Source: Methanomicrobiales archaeon (GTDB taxonomy: Archaea; Halobacteriota; Methanomicrobia; Methanomicrobiales; Methanospirillaceae). From it: a stretch of 16,787 nt of DNA. The notes under the pieces were generated by a model, which did not search any database, was not told the origin of the DNA, and saw nothing but the letters and a program-made list of their open reading frames with translations. The position numbers were made by a program, and so were the translations under genes. Below are positions 6,539-16,053 of this stretch, in pieces. The stretch covers positions 1-16,787 of the forward strand of contig JBAXJR010000047.1 of NCBI GenBank assembly GCA_037137755.1, given 5' to 3'. Numbering within the stretch: position 1 is the stretch's first letter; every line of letters begins with the position of its first letter.

Positions 6539-7459
6539 GCCGAGGGCCAGAAAAAACTTTCAACAAGGTTTGCAGCTGTTGCTGACCTGATCAGGGAAGC
6601 CAATTTTTACGCAATCGGAGAGAAATCCAGGTATATTACTGCCTCGCATATCATGAAAGCGATCGAGGAGTAAATATATCGGTCGAACCTTATCAAGGAG
6701 AAGATCCAGGAATTTATCGAGCGGGGTATTTACCTGATAGATACCGAAGGGGATAAAGTTGGGCAGATTAACGGGTTATCGGTAATGGAGATGGGAGATT
6801 TCGCTTTTGGCCAGCCATCCCGTATCACCGCAAGTGTTTCCGTCGGCCGTGAAGGGATTGTTGACATCGAGCGCCAGGCACAGCTGAGCGGGCCTTTACA
6901 CACGAAAGGGGTTCTGATCCTCGGAGGTTACCTTGCGGAGAACTATGCAAGTGATAAACCGCTGAGCCTGAGCGCAATGCTGGTCTTTGAACAGAGTTAT
7001 TCCGGGGTTGATGGCGACAGTGCATCAAGCACGGAACTCTATGCGATTCTTTCCGCCCTGTCCAGGCTGCCCATCAGGCAGTCTCTCGCCGTTACCGGTT
7101 CGGTAAACCAGAAAGGCGAAGTCCAGGCCTTCGGGGATGTAAATATAAACTTGAGGGGCTTTTACGAAGTCTGTAAGAAAAATGGACTGAACGGGAAGCA
7201 GAGGGCCATGATCCCGGCAAGCAATGTGCAGGACCTGATGCTGAAGGAAGAACTAGTCGAAGCCGCGAAAGAAGGAAAATTCACCATTTACCTGGTACAT
7301 TCAATTGATGAGGGAATCGAAATCCTGACGGGTGTCCCCGCAGGAGAAAGAAGACCAAACGGGACATTCCCGGAAGGAACTGTTAACTATCTCGTGGATA
7401 AAAGGCTGCGGGAGATGGCCGAAAAGGTCAGGGAGTACCACGTGCAGGGAAACTATTAA
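6539..7459 (+). pseudogene. 5'-truncated Lon-like (S16, LonB/LonC type) ATP-dependent protease remnant
   Basis: The frame upstream of ORF 6785 reads AEGQKKLSTRFAAVADLIREANFY...KAIEE*IYRSNLIKEKIQE...VGQINGLSV, with an in-frame TAA at 6671-6673. The AAA domain is absent. The GDSAS catalytic Ser motif is kept, but the GGVNEK Lys motif reads GDVNINL. Confidence 0.85.
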
Positions 7460-7653
7460 CCACGGCACATCCGGTTTCGGGTAGAAACCAATTTTAAATC
7501 CTTTGAATTAATAAAACTTATAGAAAAACTGCCCGAATGAATATCTTATTTGTGCCATAACCCCTGAATAAGTAACCGCATACCACCACAGAACCATAAG
7601 AACGGATCGGAACAATCGACAGCCTTATGAGTTAACAGTGTTAACTTTAATAA

Positions 7654-7884
7654 ATGCCAGAAATTCATCTGCCCCCATCATCGATGACCGTGCTCTCCAT
7701 CCTTGAGAAAGGAGACCCGATGACGCACAAGGATATCGTGAAGATGACAAACATCTCTCCAAGAACGGTCAGGTATGCGATACGAAAATTAAAAGAAGCA
7801 CATCTTATCATTGAAAAATTCAACTTCCGGGATGCACGCCAGACAATATACCAGGGAAAAACAGTACCGGCGGCAAGAGTATAG
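7654..7884 (+). CDS. Small winged-helix (MarR/ArsR-like) transcriptional regulator
   Basis: PPSSMTVLSIL...MTHKDIV...SPRTVRYAIRKLKE...IIEKFNFRDARQTIY, typical of small methanogen wHTH proteins. Confidence 0.85.
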   Translation: MPEIHLPPSSMTVLSILEKGDPMTHKDIVKMTNISPRTVRYAIRKLKEAHLIIEKFNFRDARQTIYQGKTVPAARV

Positions 7885-8091
7885 GTATTATCCAGTTGAT
7901 GACCATGAAAACAGGGCAACCCGGACAATTGGCACGAATGTCAGGGTCCGCCTGATTCCCCGTAGATCAAAGGACAATCCCGGGTATACCTTATAACTGG
8001 CAACCAGGGATTTTCTCTCTTCATATAAGATTTAAGGCAATTATTTTCACATTGCAGGGGATTTTCCCTGTATGTTTCGTCCTAAAAAAAT

Positions 8092-8796
8092 CTAATAGCC
8101 GAGGGCTTCATTTACGAGTATGAGTGTTGTCCTTCCCGGGATGCGTTCATTTGCAAGTATCACACATTTTCCGATAACGCTGGGTATCCCGTATGCTTTC
8201 AGGGCACGTGCATTTTCGAGGCGAAAAGCATAATTCCTGACCCGGTTTAACGCATCATCAAGAGTCGGGACGATTTTATTAGTCCCGGAAACAAGGATGA
8301 GATGACCGGCAGCGAACGGCCACGCTCCTACCCTGCTTCCGGTTGCATCACAGCCAATAATCTCCCCTGTCTCGGAAATCGCATTAACCCCGGAGATAAA
8401 ATATTCGGCGGTAACAGATTTCCTCCTCAATTCAGCCCTTTTTGCAGAATCATTTTCAGCAGTGATCCTCTTGTGAAGGAGGTTCCAGCCGGTTGTATCC
8501 CCTGCGATGAACTCCTCGTAACCGATCTCGATCAGGGTCGTCGATGAACCATTCATCACCTCGGCACCCGGGGGAATCAGGTCCTTCAGGAAAGAAAGAA
8601 CAGTCTCGCCGTTTTCCGCGACAATGACTTTTATTCCACGTTTTTCAATTTCTGTTATGGTGTTCCTGAGGACCGTTGGTGAGGGAATCTTATTCCAAAC
8701 CGCTGTATCAACACCCGCTTCTTCAACAAGGTTCATTGAACTGAAGGGTGTTATTCTGGCCATGATAATTTCCCCATATACGGTAAACGTGGACAT
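8092..8796 (-). CDS. LUD-domain (LutC/YkgG-like, lactate utilisation family) protein
   Basis: GSSTTL, FISGVNAISETG, DATGSRV, LVSGTNKIVP motifs. The start may be the internal ATG at 8763. A T7 run follows the stop on the minus strand (8090-8084), consistent with an archaeal terminator. Confidence 0.85.
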   Translation of the reverse strand: MSTFTVYGEIIMARITPFSSMNLVEEAGVDTAVWNKIPSPTVLRNTITEIEKRGIKVIVAENGETVLSFLKDLIPPGAEVMNGSSTTLIEIGYEEFIAGDTTGWNLLHKRITAENDSAKRAELRRKSVTAEYFISGVNAISETGEIIGCDATGSRVGAWPFAAGHLILVSGTNKIVPTLDDALNRVRNYAFRLENARALKAYGIPSVIGKCVILANERIPGRTTLILVNEALGY

Positions 8797-9047
8797 AATT
8801 TTATAAGTATTTACCTCTTCTCCGGGCTTCTGGAGCTGGTAAAAGCCATCTCAAGCTTCTACAGGACAGGACGGTAGTATATCTGGGTTACATTTCTCCG
8901 TCCAATAAATTCTTAAAAAACATTGAGGGTAATTTAGATTTCATCCAGAGGAGAACTAGGAACGGACCATCTGAAATCCCGGGGTTTTCAGGAGGGGGTT
9001 ACAGCAACGGTTGTTGTTTGTCCTGGTCTCCTGGTCAGGCTGGTTTT

Positions 9048-10475
9048 TTAGGAATTGTTGCCAGGTCCGGGAGATATCCGGTGTTTCAGACGGACATACC
9101 CCCGGTTAATGATAAGCATGAAATTTCCGAGGAACCGTTCTCTCTTTGCCATCGCCCGTACAAAGATCTCCTCTTCGGAAAGGAACATTTCTTTTAAGTG
9201 ATGGATGTCCTGTTTGGGGGAGAAAAAGAGGTATATCAGCACACCGGCGAGGATAATCAGGGTCCCGACGATTTTATCGAAGAAAGAAGTCGAGTACAGG
9301 AGGTACAGGCAGATCAGGATACCAATCCAGGGAAGTATTTTCTGGCCGGTTAATTGTTTTTCGCTGTCACGGGTCAGGACAATAAGGGCCAGGCAGGTGA
9401 GCAGGAAGGAAAATGCCAGGTTGAATACGGCGAATGAGATAAGCCCGGCGATGGGAGAGTAGATCGACAAGAGGAAGGCGATAACCCCCTGGATCAACAA
9501 GCCGACATAAGGAGTCCCGTACTTCGGGTGAAGAGAAGAAAATATCCGGGGGAACAACCCGTCAATGGACATGGCATATGACAATCTGCCTGTGCCTAGC
9601 ATACCGGACTCGTCGGACCCGGAAACTGAAAACAGGGCCCCGATTGTCATGATAAGCGCCCCGGCAGTACCGAGCAGGACTCCACCGACCAGCACGAGTG
9701 GTGTCGAAGACTTCGCCAGGTCTGCCCAGTTCACTGCACCGTAGACGATAAAATTCGTTGAAAGGTAGAATATTGCCACAATTGACATCCCGAAGATAAT
9801 TGCTTTCGGGATGGTTGTTTTTGGATTTTTCACCTCGGCCGCGGGAAGTGTCCCGAGTTCGAACCCCGCATAAGCCCAGAAAATGAGCACCAGTGCAGCA
9901 CCTGTCGTCGAAACACCAAGTGGGACAAAGGGGTGATAGTTCCCGAAAAATACGGCAGGCTGGGTAAATAAAAAGATAATTCCTGCCCCGATAAGTAGGA
10001 GCAGCGGAGCCAGTTTGATGAGGGTGAGGGCGTCATTAACCCTCCCCGCTATTTTCACCCCGATGATATTGATCGCGGTCAGGCCAAATAGGAAAATACC
10101 TTTGATGAGGATCTCCTCATTGGAGGTCAGTGGTACCAGGTACTCAAGATAACGGACGAATGCGATTGCAAATACCGGCAGGGAGATTCACTCGGCAATC
10201 CACATGCTCCAGCCAGTGAGGAATCCATAAAAATCGTCGAATGCCTCTGAAACATAGGCGAACGGCCCCCCGACTTTCGGGATATAGTAACTGCAATAGG
10301 CGAAGACCAATGCTATCACTGTTGCAAATATCCCGGCAATAACCCAGACAACAATGGAAAAAGGCCCGAGCATGCCTGCAGTAATCGCTGAAGCGATATA
10401 GATATCCGCACCGATGACCGATCCGACAACGATGCTCGTCAAATCGAAGAGCGAGAGCTCTTTTTTGAAATCCAT
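9048..10475 (-). pseudogene. APC-family amino acid permease interrupted by one in-frame TGA
   Basis: ORFs 10188-10523 and 9048-10058 are in the same frame: ...WSMWIAE*ISLPVFAIAFVRYLEY...IIGVKIAGRVND. Stop at 10190-10188. APC motifs GSVIGADIY, GGPFAY, WAYAGFE, EVKNP, HPKYGTP. Likely start is ATG 10475 (MDFKKEL). Confidence 0.85.
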
Positions 10476-10807
10476 GGCCGTTATGGATAGGATAACCGTT
10501 GTTCTTTTAAATACTTGATCCAATCGAGAACGTGCACATACCCGGTTCGCGTTTTCATGCTTTCAATAGCTATTCTGGAACAATTCCGGGTTTATCAACG
10601 AAAAAAACAAGCAATTAAAAATGTACACCGGGACCCAGGATTGGCTGATAACAAGGATGTGAAAAAGAGAAGATTATCTTTTCATATTTTATCATATCCT
10701 GCTCCACCTATTGGTCAGGACTTCTCCTGATGGAATACCCCTGAATCTGCAGGCCAGGGATATCCTTTTATCCTTCTCAGCCAAGTGCAGATATCAAAGT
10801 GATTTGA

Positions 10808-11194
10808 ATGAGATGCACACCAAAACCAGTTCACTGGGCGATCCTGATTATTATTCTTGCAACCTTCATCGCCATAAGCGGATGCGCCAGCTACGGGCCG
10901 TCATCAACAACCATCCCCACGACTACGCCAATTGTAATTCCCGGGGCTCCAACCATAACTATCCAGAACTTTGCATTTACTCCGGCGAGTATCACCGCCC
11001 CAAAGGGAACTACGGTGACATGGGTAAACGAGGATTCTGCCAACCACCAGATTGTAAGTGATACCCAGGGAACCTTCACCAGCAGTTCTTTACCAAAAGG
11101 GGCAAGTTATTCATTTAAATTTGATACCCCTGGAACCTATCCGTACCATTGCTCACTTCATCCTTCGATGAAGGGAACGGTCATAGTAACCTGA
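10808..11194 (+). CDS. Cupredoxin (plastocyanin/amicyanin-like) blue-copper lipoprotein
   Basis: Signal peptide with ISGC lipobox, Thr/Pro linker, FAFTP...GTTVTWVN..H and YHCSLHPSM type-1 copper ligands. Confidence 0.9.
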   Translation: MRCTPKPVHWAILIIILATFIAISGCASYGPSSTTIPTTTPIVIPGAPTITIQNFAFTPASITAPKGTTVTWVNEDSANHQIVSDTQGTFTSSSLPKGASYSFKFDTPGTYPYHCSLHPSMKGTVIVT

Positions 11195-11224
11195 TCTCTT
11201 CTTCACTATTTTTATCCGGATCTT

Positions 11225-11454
11225 TTATCCCAATCCGAAGAAAAATTGCCAGATAACCAACGTTACATGAACCAGTGCGAAAATAATGGTAATTGCTGCC
11301 ATTCTCATATGCCATTTAAAGGAATATTGTAACGTCCTTTCAACACCAGCATCCCGATAGTTGCCGTCGTTAACAAACATATGAAGGTAATAATCCCAAA
11401 ATAGAGGGCTATGGGGAGATTAAAAATCACGATATGACCGAGGGGAGGAATCAT
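11225..11454 (-). pseudogene. Small two-TM membrane protein with a 1-nt frameshift (not in the ORF track)
   Basis: Manual translation MIPPLGHIVIFNLPIALYFGIITFICLLTTATIGMLVLKGRYNIP / FKWHMRMAAITIIFALVHVTLVIWQFFFGLG*. The 230-nt span is one base short of a codon multiple; the shift is at ~11318-11322. Confidence 0.7.
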
Positions 11455-11519
11455 AATTTCAAACCTATATTTATTCAGAAGGCCATATGAATTATTCCCC
11501 GTCTCTTAATATTGACAAT

Positions 11520-12353
11520 TCATTCCGCAACCGGGACCAGTTTTCCTTTCAGCTTCTGTTCAAGTTCAAGTTTGAGCATCTCCACGACATTGTTTGCCAT
11601 CCCCTTGACTTTAAAGAGGACAAGCGGGTCATTTCTCACATAATCCGGATCCGTATTCGTGTTGAATTGTGCTCCATGCGTCCGGTAGGAAACCCCGAAC
11701 GGTGCGAGGACGTACCCCATCTGCTGGAAATACAGAAAGATATCCATGGCAGCTTTTGTTGCGCCGTCTTCATGGCCTGATACAGTGATTCCAACTATCT
11801 TTCCTTCCGTAAATCCCGGTTTTTTCAGCAGGTACAGGTTCTGGATGCAGTTTAGGCGGTCAAGGAAATCCTTGAGCCGTGCAGACATATTGTTCCAGTT
11901 TATCGGGGACCCCACAATGACGGCTTTCGAAGAGATAATCATTTCATGAAATGCCGGCATGTCATCCAGCTGGTCCCGGCAGGGGTACCGGCAGGCATTG
12001 TCCCGCATGCTATAGCAGCACCAGCAATGGTTGATCTGAAATTCATTCAGGTTATAGCGCCGGTAACTCACGCCCCGCTCCTGAAGCACCTCCTCAACCA
12101 GGTCGATCATGAACCCGGTATTATTGGAACGGTGATTGCTGCCATTGATCAGGAGGACATCAAATTTTTCACGATTATAGGTGAGTTTTTCCGGCCGTGG
12201 CAGGCTTGTGTACTCCCTGCTGGTTCCGGCGCATTGTGGACATTCGTCAGGCGGGGCATCACCTTTTGATATGAACCCGCATACGTTGCAAATCCATGAA
12301 TCAACCGGTTCATGGCTGTTCTTTTGCGCTTCCCCGGATACAATAGATGACAT
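11520..12353 (-). CDS. Rubredoxin-like domain fused to a flavodoxin-fold (iron-sulfur flavoprotein / NADPH-dependent FMN reductase family) domain
   Basis: WICNVCG...PDECPQC; LINGSNHRSNNT; Cys cluster CWCC...CRYPC; GSPINWNNMSARLKDFLDRL; GKIVG. Start is either ATG 12353 or 12371. Confidence 0.85.
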   Translation of the reverse strand: MSSIVSGEAQKNSHEPVDSWICNVCGFISKGDAPPDECPQCAGTSREYTSLPRPEKLTYNREKFDVLLINGSNHRSNNTGFMIDLVEEVLQERGVSYRRYNLNEFQINHCWCCYSMRDNACRYPCRDQLDDMPAFHEMIISSKAVIVGSPINWNNMSARLKDFLDRLNCIQNLYLLKKPGFTEGKIVGITVSGHEDGATKAAMDIFLYFQQMGYVLAPFGVSYRTHGAQFNTNTDPDYVRNDPLVLFKVKGMANNVVEMLKLELEQKLKGKLVPVAE

Positions 12354-12528
12354 GCCGGAACCCCTCCGCATCCTGGACCGGGCACCCCGGGCAGAGACAT
12401 CCTTTTTCTTTCGTTATACAGCTGCTTTTTGTTTTTACTTCCATGCAAAAGGCGATCTCTTCCTTGCAATCAACAAAACTCGGACACATCCTGCACATAC
12501 ACAATTTTACTGCTTCGTTCCTATCCAT
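12310..12528 (-). CDS. DUF2769-family Cys-rich protein
   Basis: CMCRMCPSF...FC...KSSC...GCLCPGCPV...YCIRGSA matches the methanogen DUF2769 pattern. Confidence 0.85.
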   Translation of the reverse strand: MDRNEAVKLCMCRMCPSFVDCKEEIAFCMEVKTKSSCITKEKGCLCPGCPVQDAEGFRHVIYCIRGSAKEQP

Positions 12529-12635
12529 GATTCATTTCTCCTTATGTTCAATTGTGGCAATGAATTCTCAAATTACTTATATGGTTACGGCATTGGATTA
12601 GCCTGGAAGACAGGTAGTATCGGATAAATTGGAAT

Positions 12636-15600
12636 CTATCGATACATCCCTTTAGGCACAACCATCTCGAACCGTGCTCCCTTACCCGGCTCCCCGGTCT
12701 CTTTGATGGTGATGCCAGTAATAGAGAGGATCTCCCGGGAAAGGGCTAATCCAAGGCCGGTGTTCTTCCCAAATCCCCGCTCAAAGATCTTCTCCTTCTC
12801 CTCAGCTGCGATACCATTGCCATCATCTTCACAAACAATAACCTGATCATCCCCGTGGGCTTCAATGAAGAACCGGATTGTGGTGATTTTTCCACCATAC
12901 CTGATGGCGTTATCCATCAGGTTGTAAAATACTTTTATTATTAATGGATCGGCCAAAACAGTCGTCCCTGTAGTAATTTCGTTTTTAACTGCAATCTTAC
13001 CAAGTGGGGCTTCTTTAGCCGCAGTATCTACGGTTTTACGGCAATCCTGCCATTCAGGAGCATGAACACCGATCTGCTGGTACTCCTTGGTAAACTGGAT
13101 CATAGCTGAAATCCGCAGGGCTGCGGCCGAAACCTTTTGAAGATAGATATCATTTTTAGCATCCGGTTGTTTCTTTTGTATAATTCCGATGTTTCCCATC
13201 AGGACCATCAGTTGGTTGGTAATGTCATGCCGGGTGATGCTACCGAGAAGGTTAAGTTTCTTATTTGCCGCTGCAAGTGACTTTGAGAACTGTAACAGTT
13301 CCTGTTCATGGAACTCCATCTCCTTCTCCAGTTCTTTTCGCCTGCTGATATCCCTGATGACCGATACAATCACCCGTTCACGATGAAGGTGAACAATCCT
13401 GGCGTTAATTTCAACCGGAAGGATTGTGCCATCTTTTTTCAGATGTTCGGTCTCGAAGACTGAATGACCGGTCGAGAATAATTCCATGATGATCTCATCA
13501 ACGGGTCTGCTGTGATACCCGGTAACGAAATCGAGGGGGCCCTGTTTCAGCATTTCTTCACGTGAATAGCCAAGCATCCGGCAGGCAGCTTCATTTACTT
13601 CGATGAATTTCCCCGGCTTTCCGTCCAGTTCAATTGTATGAATATGGAGACCGTCGTTCACTGCATTAAAGATCCCGCGGAATTTCTCTTCGCTTTCCTT
13701 TAACGCATTTTCAACCTGTTTGCGAACCGTGATGTCCCTGACGGTGGATAAAATATGTGGCTTCCCACCAATCAGGATAATACCGGATGAAAACAGGCAG
13801 GGATGGATTTCCCCGGATTTTATACGGCAATTGATTTCCATATCCTCAACGATATGATGGTCCCGGAGAGAGGCAGCCAGCTGCTCACGTTCGTGATTAT
13901 CGGCAAAAATTCCCAGCACTTCTGCTGTCGTACCAATCGCTTCTTCCCTGCTATACCCGGTAGCTCGTACAAAGGCGTCATTGACATTGACAAATTTCCC
14001 ATTTATTGTTGAAACAAGGGTGAGGGCAACCGGGCTGCCATGGAAAATGGAGGTAAATGTATTTTCCGATTCACGGAGTAGTTTTTCCACCTGCTTACGT
14101 TCGGTGATATCCTGGTTGGCCCCATGGGTCTTGATAGTTACTCCGTTTTTATCTTTCGTGATTCCAAAACGGACCACAATATTCCGGATTTCCCCGTCCT
14201 TTCGGATGATCCGGTGCTCTACCTCTGAAATGTATCCGGGATCTGTTGCCTGAATTGCTTTTCGTACCTCATTGGCCACTAAGTACTGGTCGTCGGGGTG
14301 AAGGAATTTTTTTGCATACACATCTGCCGGCATCTGGTTGCCACCTTCAGCCAACCCCGTGGTAGCATAGAGTGCATAGAACCGATCATCAAAGGTGAAG
14401 AGGCCTGTAGCAACATCAAACTCCCAATTTGCCATGTGAGCCAGGTCCATTGCCTCCGCCAGCTGGCTTTGGCTCTTTATCAATGCCTCTTTCGCCTGCT
14501 TTCGCTCGGTTACGTCCTCCATATGCACCATGATCATGTCTGGTGGGGCGAATGTGGCTGTGGTTTGGATGAATCTCCCTGGCAGGAAATGTTCAGAGAT
14601 TAGGTCACTTGATATCATAGCCCGTTCGGAAAAAGACTGCCGTAATTCGGATAAAATTTCCGGTCTGGATGAATAGAGGTCGGACGCGAATTTTCCAAGA
14701 TAGTCCCTCGCTCGTCCACTTGTGAGAGTTTCCGCTGCTTTGTTGATACCGATAAGGACAAAGTCCCCTGCCCGATGTTGCCAGGTAAAGATGGCAAGTG
14801 GATTATTCTGGTGCTGCTCACGGAACCGAATCTCGCTTTCCCGAAGCGCATCCTCTGCCCGTTTGCGGTCGGTGATATCCTCAAGGGTCTCAATGACACC
14901 AATCATGACGCCATTAAGGTCTTTGATGGGGGCTGCAGTAAAGTATAGCCATGTTCCGCCCCTTATTTTTGGGAAAAAATCGGTGGCTTCGTATGCTCCG
15001 GTGACGAACCTGGATTTAGTAAATTTTCCTGAATACCACTGCTTGATTTTCTCAATCTGGCCCTCGACAAGAAGATCCGCCATGCAGGGCCGCTTTTCGG
15101 GGTAGAATGCACGCCAGTGCTGGTCAGTCCCGATCACTTCATTCGCAGAGATGCCACTATATTCTTCCAGTGCATGGTTCCAGTGAATGACCCGGTGATT
15201 TTTGTCAAGAACGAACTGGGGGATCGGAGAACCCCGGATAACAGCATTCAGTGTATTCTCACTTTCCTTCAGCGCCTCCTCCGCACACTTATAATCGGTG
15301 ATATCCCTACCTACGGACTGGTACTCCTTCAGGCTGCCATCCGCATGAAAGATCGCATGGTCAACCCATCGCTGCCAACGGAGGCTTCCGTCCGGCATGA
15401 TTATCCGCTGATCAAGGGTTTCAAGGGGATGTTCCGACTTAAGGGATGCAATAAGCCGGGTAACAGTCACCCTATCATCCGGATGAATTGTCGGATGGAA
15501 CCGGGTGCCAATTATTTCCTCCCGTTTAAGACCGAAATAACGGCAGTAAGCCTCATTAACAAAAATATGGGTCCCATCCGGAAGAAAACGGCAGATGAAC

Positions 15601-16049
15601 TCGGTCTGGTCCTCGACAACATGACGATATCGTTCTTCACTCTCCCGGAGGTCCATTTCGGCACGCTTGCGGGAGACGGCGTAACGGATCTTATTTGCAA
15701 GTTCCGTGAACTGTGCCTTCGGTTCGCCACCTTTCTGGAGGTAGAAGTCGGCCCCTTCGTTAAGCGCCTCGATGACCACCTCTTCACGTCCCTTCCCGGT
15801 GAAGATGATGAAGGGTGTTGTATTCCCTGATGCTTTGAGCTGCTTGAGGAACGCGATGCCATCAGTCTCCGGCATCTGGTAATCGGAGATTATTGCATCA
15901 TAGTGTTCGGTACTCAGCTGATCTAAAGCTATCTTTGCGGATGTAAGCGTATAAACAGAAAACGCTCCATTCATCTCAAGGTAGAGTTTAGCCATCTCAA
16001 GCAGGGCCGGTTCGTCATCAACATAGAGGACACGGAGAGTTTCAGGCAT
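12636..16049 (-). CDS. Hybrid sensor histidine kinase: REC + about six PAS/PAC domains + HisKA + HATPase
   Basis: VLYVDDE...ISDYQMP...YLQKG receiver. Repeated (R/E/Q)DIT.RK..E PAC ends. TRHDITNQL H-box. NLMDNA, EDDGNG, FERGFGKNTGLGL boxes. Confidence 0.95.
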   Translation of the reverse strand: MPETLRVLYVDDEPALLEMAKLYLEMNGAFSVYTLTSAKIALDQLSTEHYDAIISDYQMPETDGIAFLKQLKASGNTTPFIIFTGKGREEVVIEALNEGADFYLQKGGEPKAQFTELANKIRYAVSRKRAEMDLRESEERYRHVVEDQTEFICRFLPDGTHIFVNEAYCRYFGLKREEIIGTRFHPTIHPDDRVTVTRLIASLKSEHPLETLDQRIIMPDGSLRWQRWVDHAIFHADGSLKEYQSVGRDITDYKCAEEALKESENTLNAVIRGSPIPQFVLDKNHRVIHWNHALEEYSGISANEVIGTDQHWRAFYPEKRPCMADLLVEGQIEKIKQWYSGKFTKSRFVTGAYEATDFFPKIRGGTWLYFTAAPIKDLNGVMIGVIETLEDITDRKRAEDALRESEIRFREQHQNNPLAIFTWQHRAGDFVLIGINKAAETLTSGRARDYLGKFASDLYSSRPEILSELRQSFSERAMISSDLISEHFLPGRFIQTTATFAPPDMIMVHMEDVTERKQAKEALIKSQSQLAEAMDLAHMANWEFDVATGLFTFDDRFYALYATTGLAEGGNQMPADVYAKKFLHPDDQYLVANEVRKAIQATDPGYISEVEHRIIRKDGEIRNIVVRFGITKDKNGVTIKTHGANQDITERKQVEKLLRESENTFTSIFHGSPVALTLVSTINGKFVNVNDAFVRATGYSREEAIGTTAEVLGIFADNHEREQLAASLRDHHIVEDMEINCRIKSGEIHPCLFSSGIILIGGKPHILSTVRDITVRKQVENALKESEEKFRGIFNAVNDGLHIHTIELDGKPGKFIEVNEAACRMLGYSREEMLKQGPLDFVTGYHSRPVDEIIMELFSTGHSVFETEHLKKDGTILPVEINARIVHLHRERVIVSVIRDISRRKELEKEMEFHEQELLQFSKSLAAANKKLNLLGSITRHDITNQLMVLMGNIGIIQKKQPDAKNDIYLQKVSAAALRISAMIQFTKEYQQIGVHAPEWQDCRKTVDTAAKEAPLGKIAVKNEITTGTTVLADPLIIKVFYNLMDNAIRYGGKITTIRFFIEAHGDDQVIVCEDDGNGIAAEEKEKIFERGFGKNTGLGLALSREILSITGITIKETGEPGKGARFEMVVPKGMYR

Positions 16050-16053
16050 TTTT

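Noticed and set aside
6342-6590. 82-aa ORF after the att site
   Set aside because: TTG start, no motif, spans the hairpin region and overlaps the Lon remnant in another frame.
6785-7459. Functional stand-alone Lon protease domain
   Set aside because: Homology continues upstream through a stop codon, and the catalytic Lys motif is disrupted.
10515-11061. ORFs 10515-10730 and 10711-11061
   Set aside because: No motifs; they lie in the divergent promoter region or overlap the cupredoxin gene out of frame.
15117-15830. 237-aa + strand ORF and other antisense ORFs (e.g. 4495-4899, 5469-5847, 11946-12627, 13189-15105)
   Set aside because: They are shadow frames opposite well-supported genes and have no recognisable motifs.
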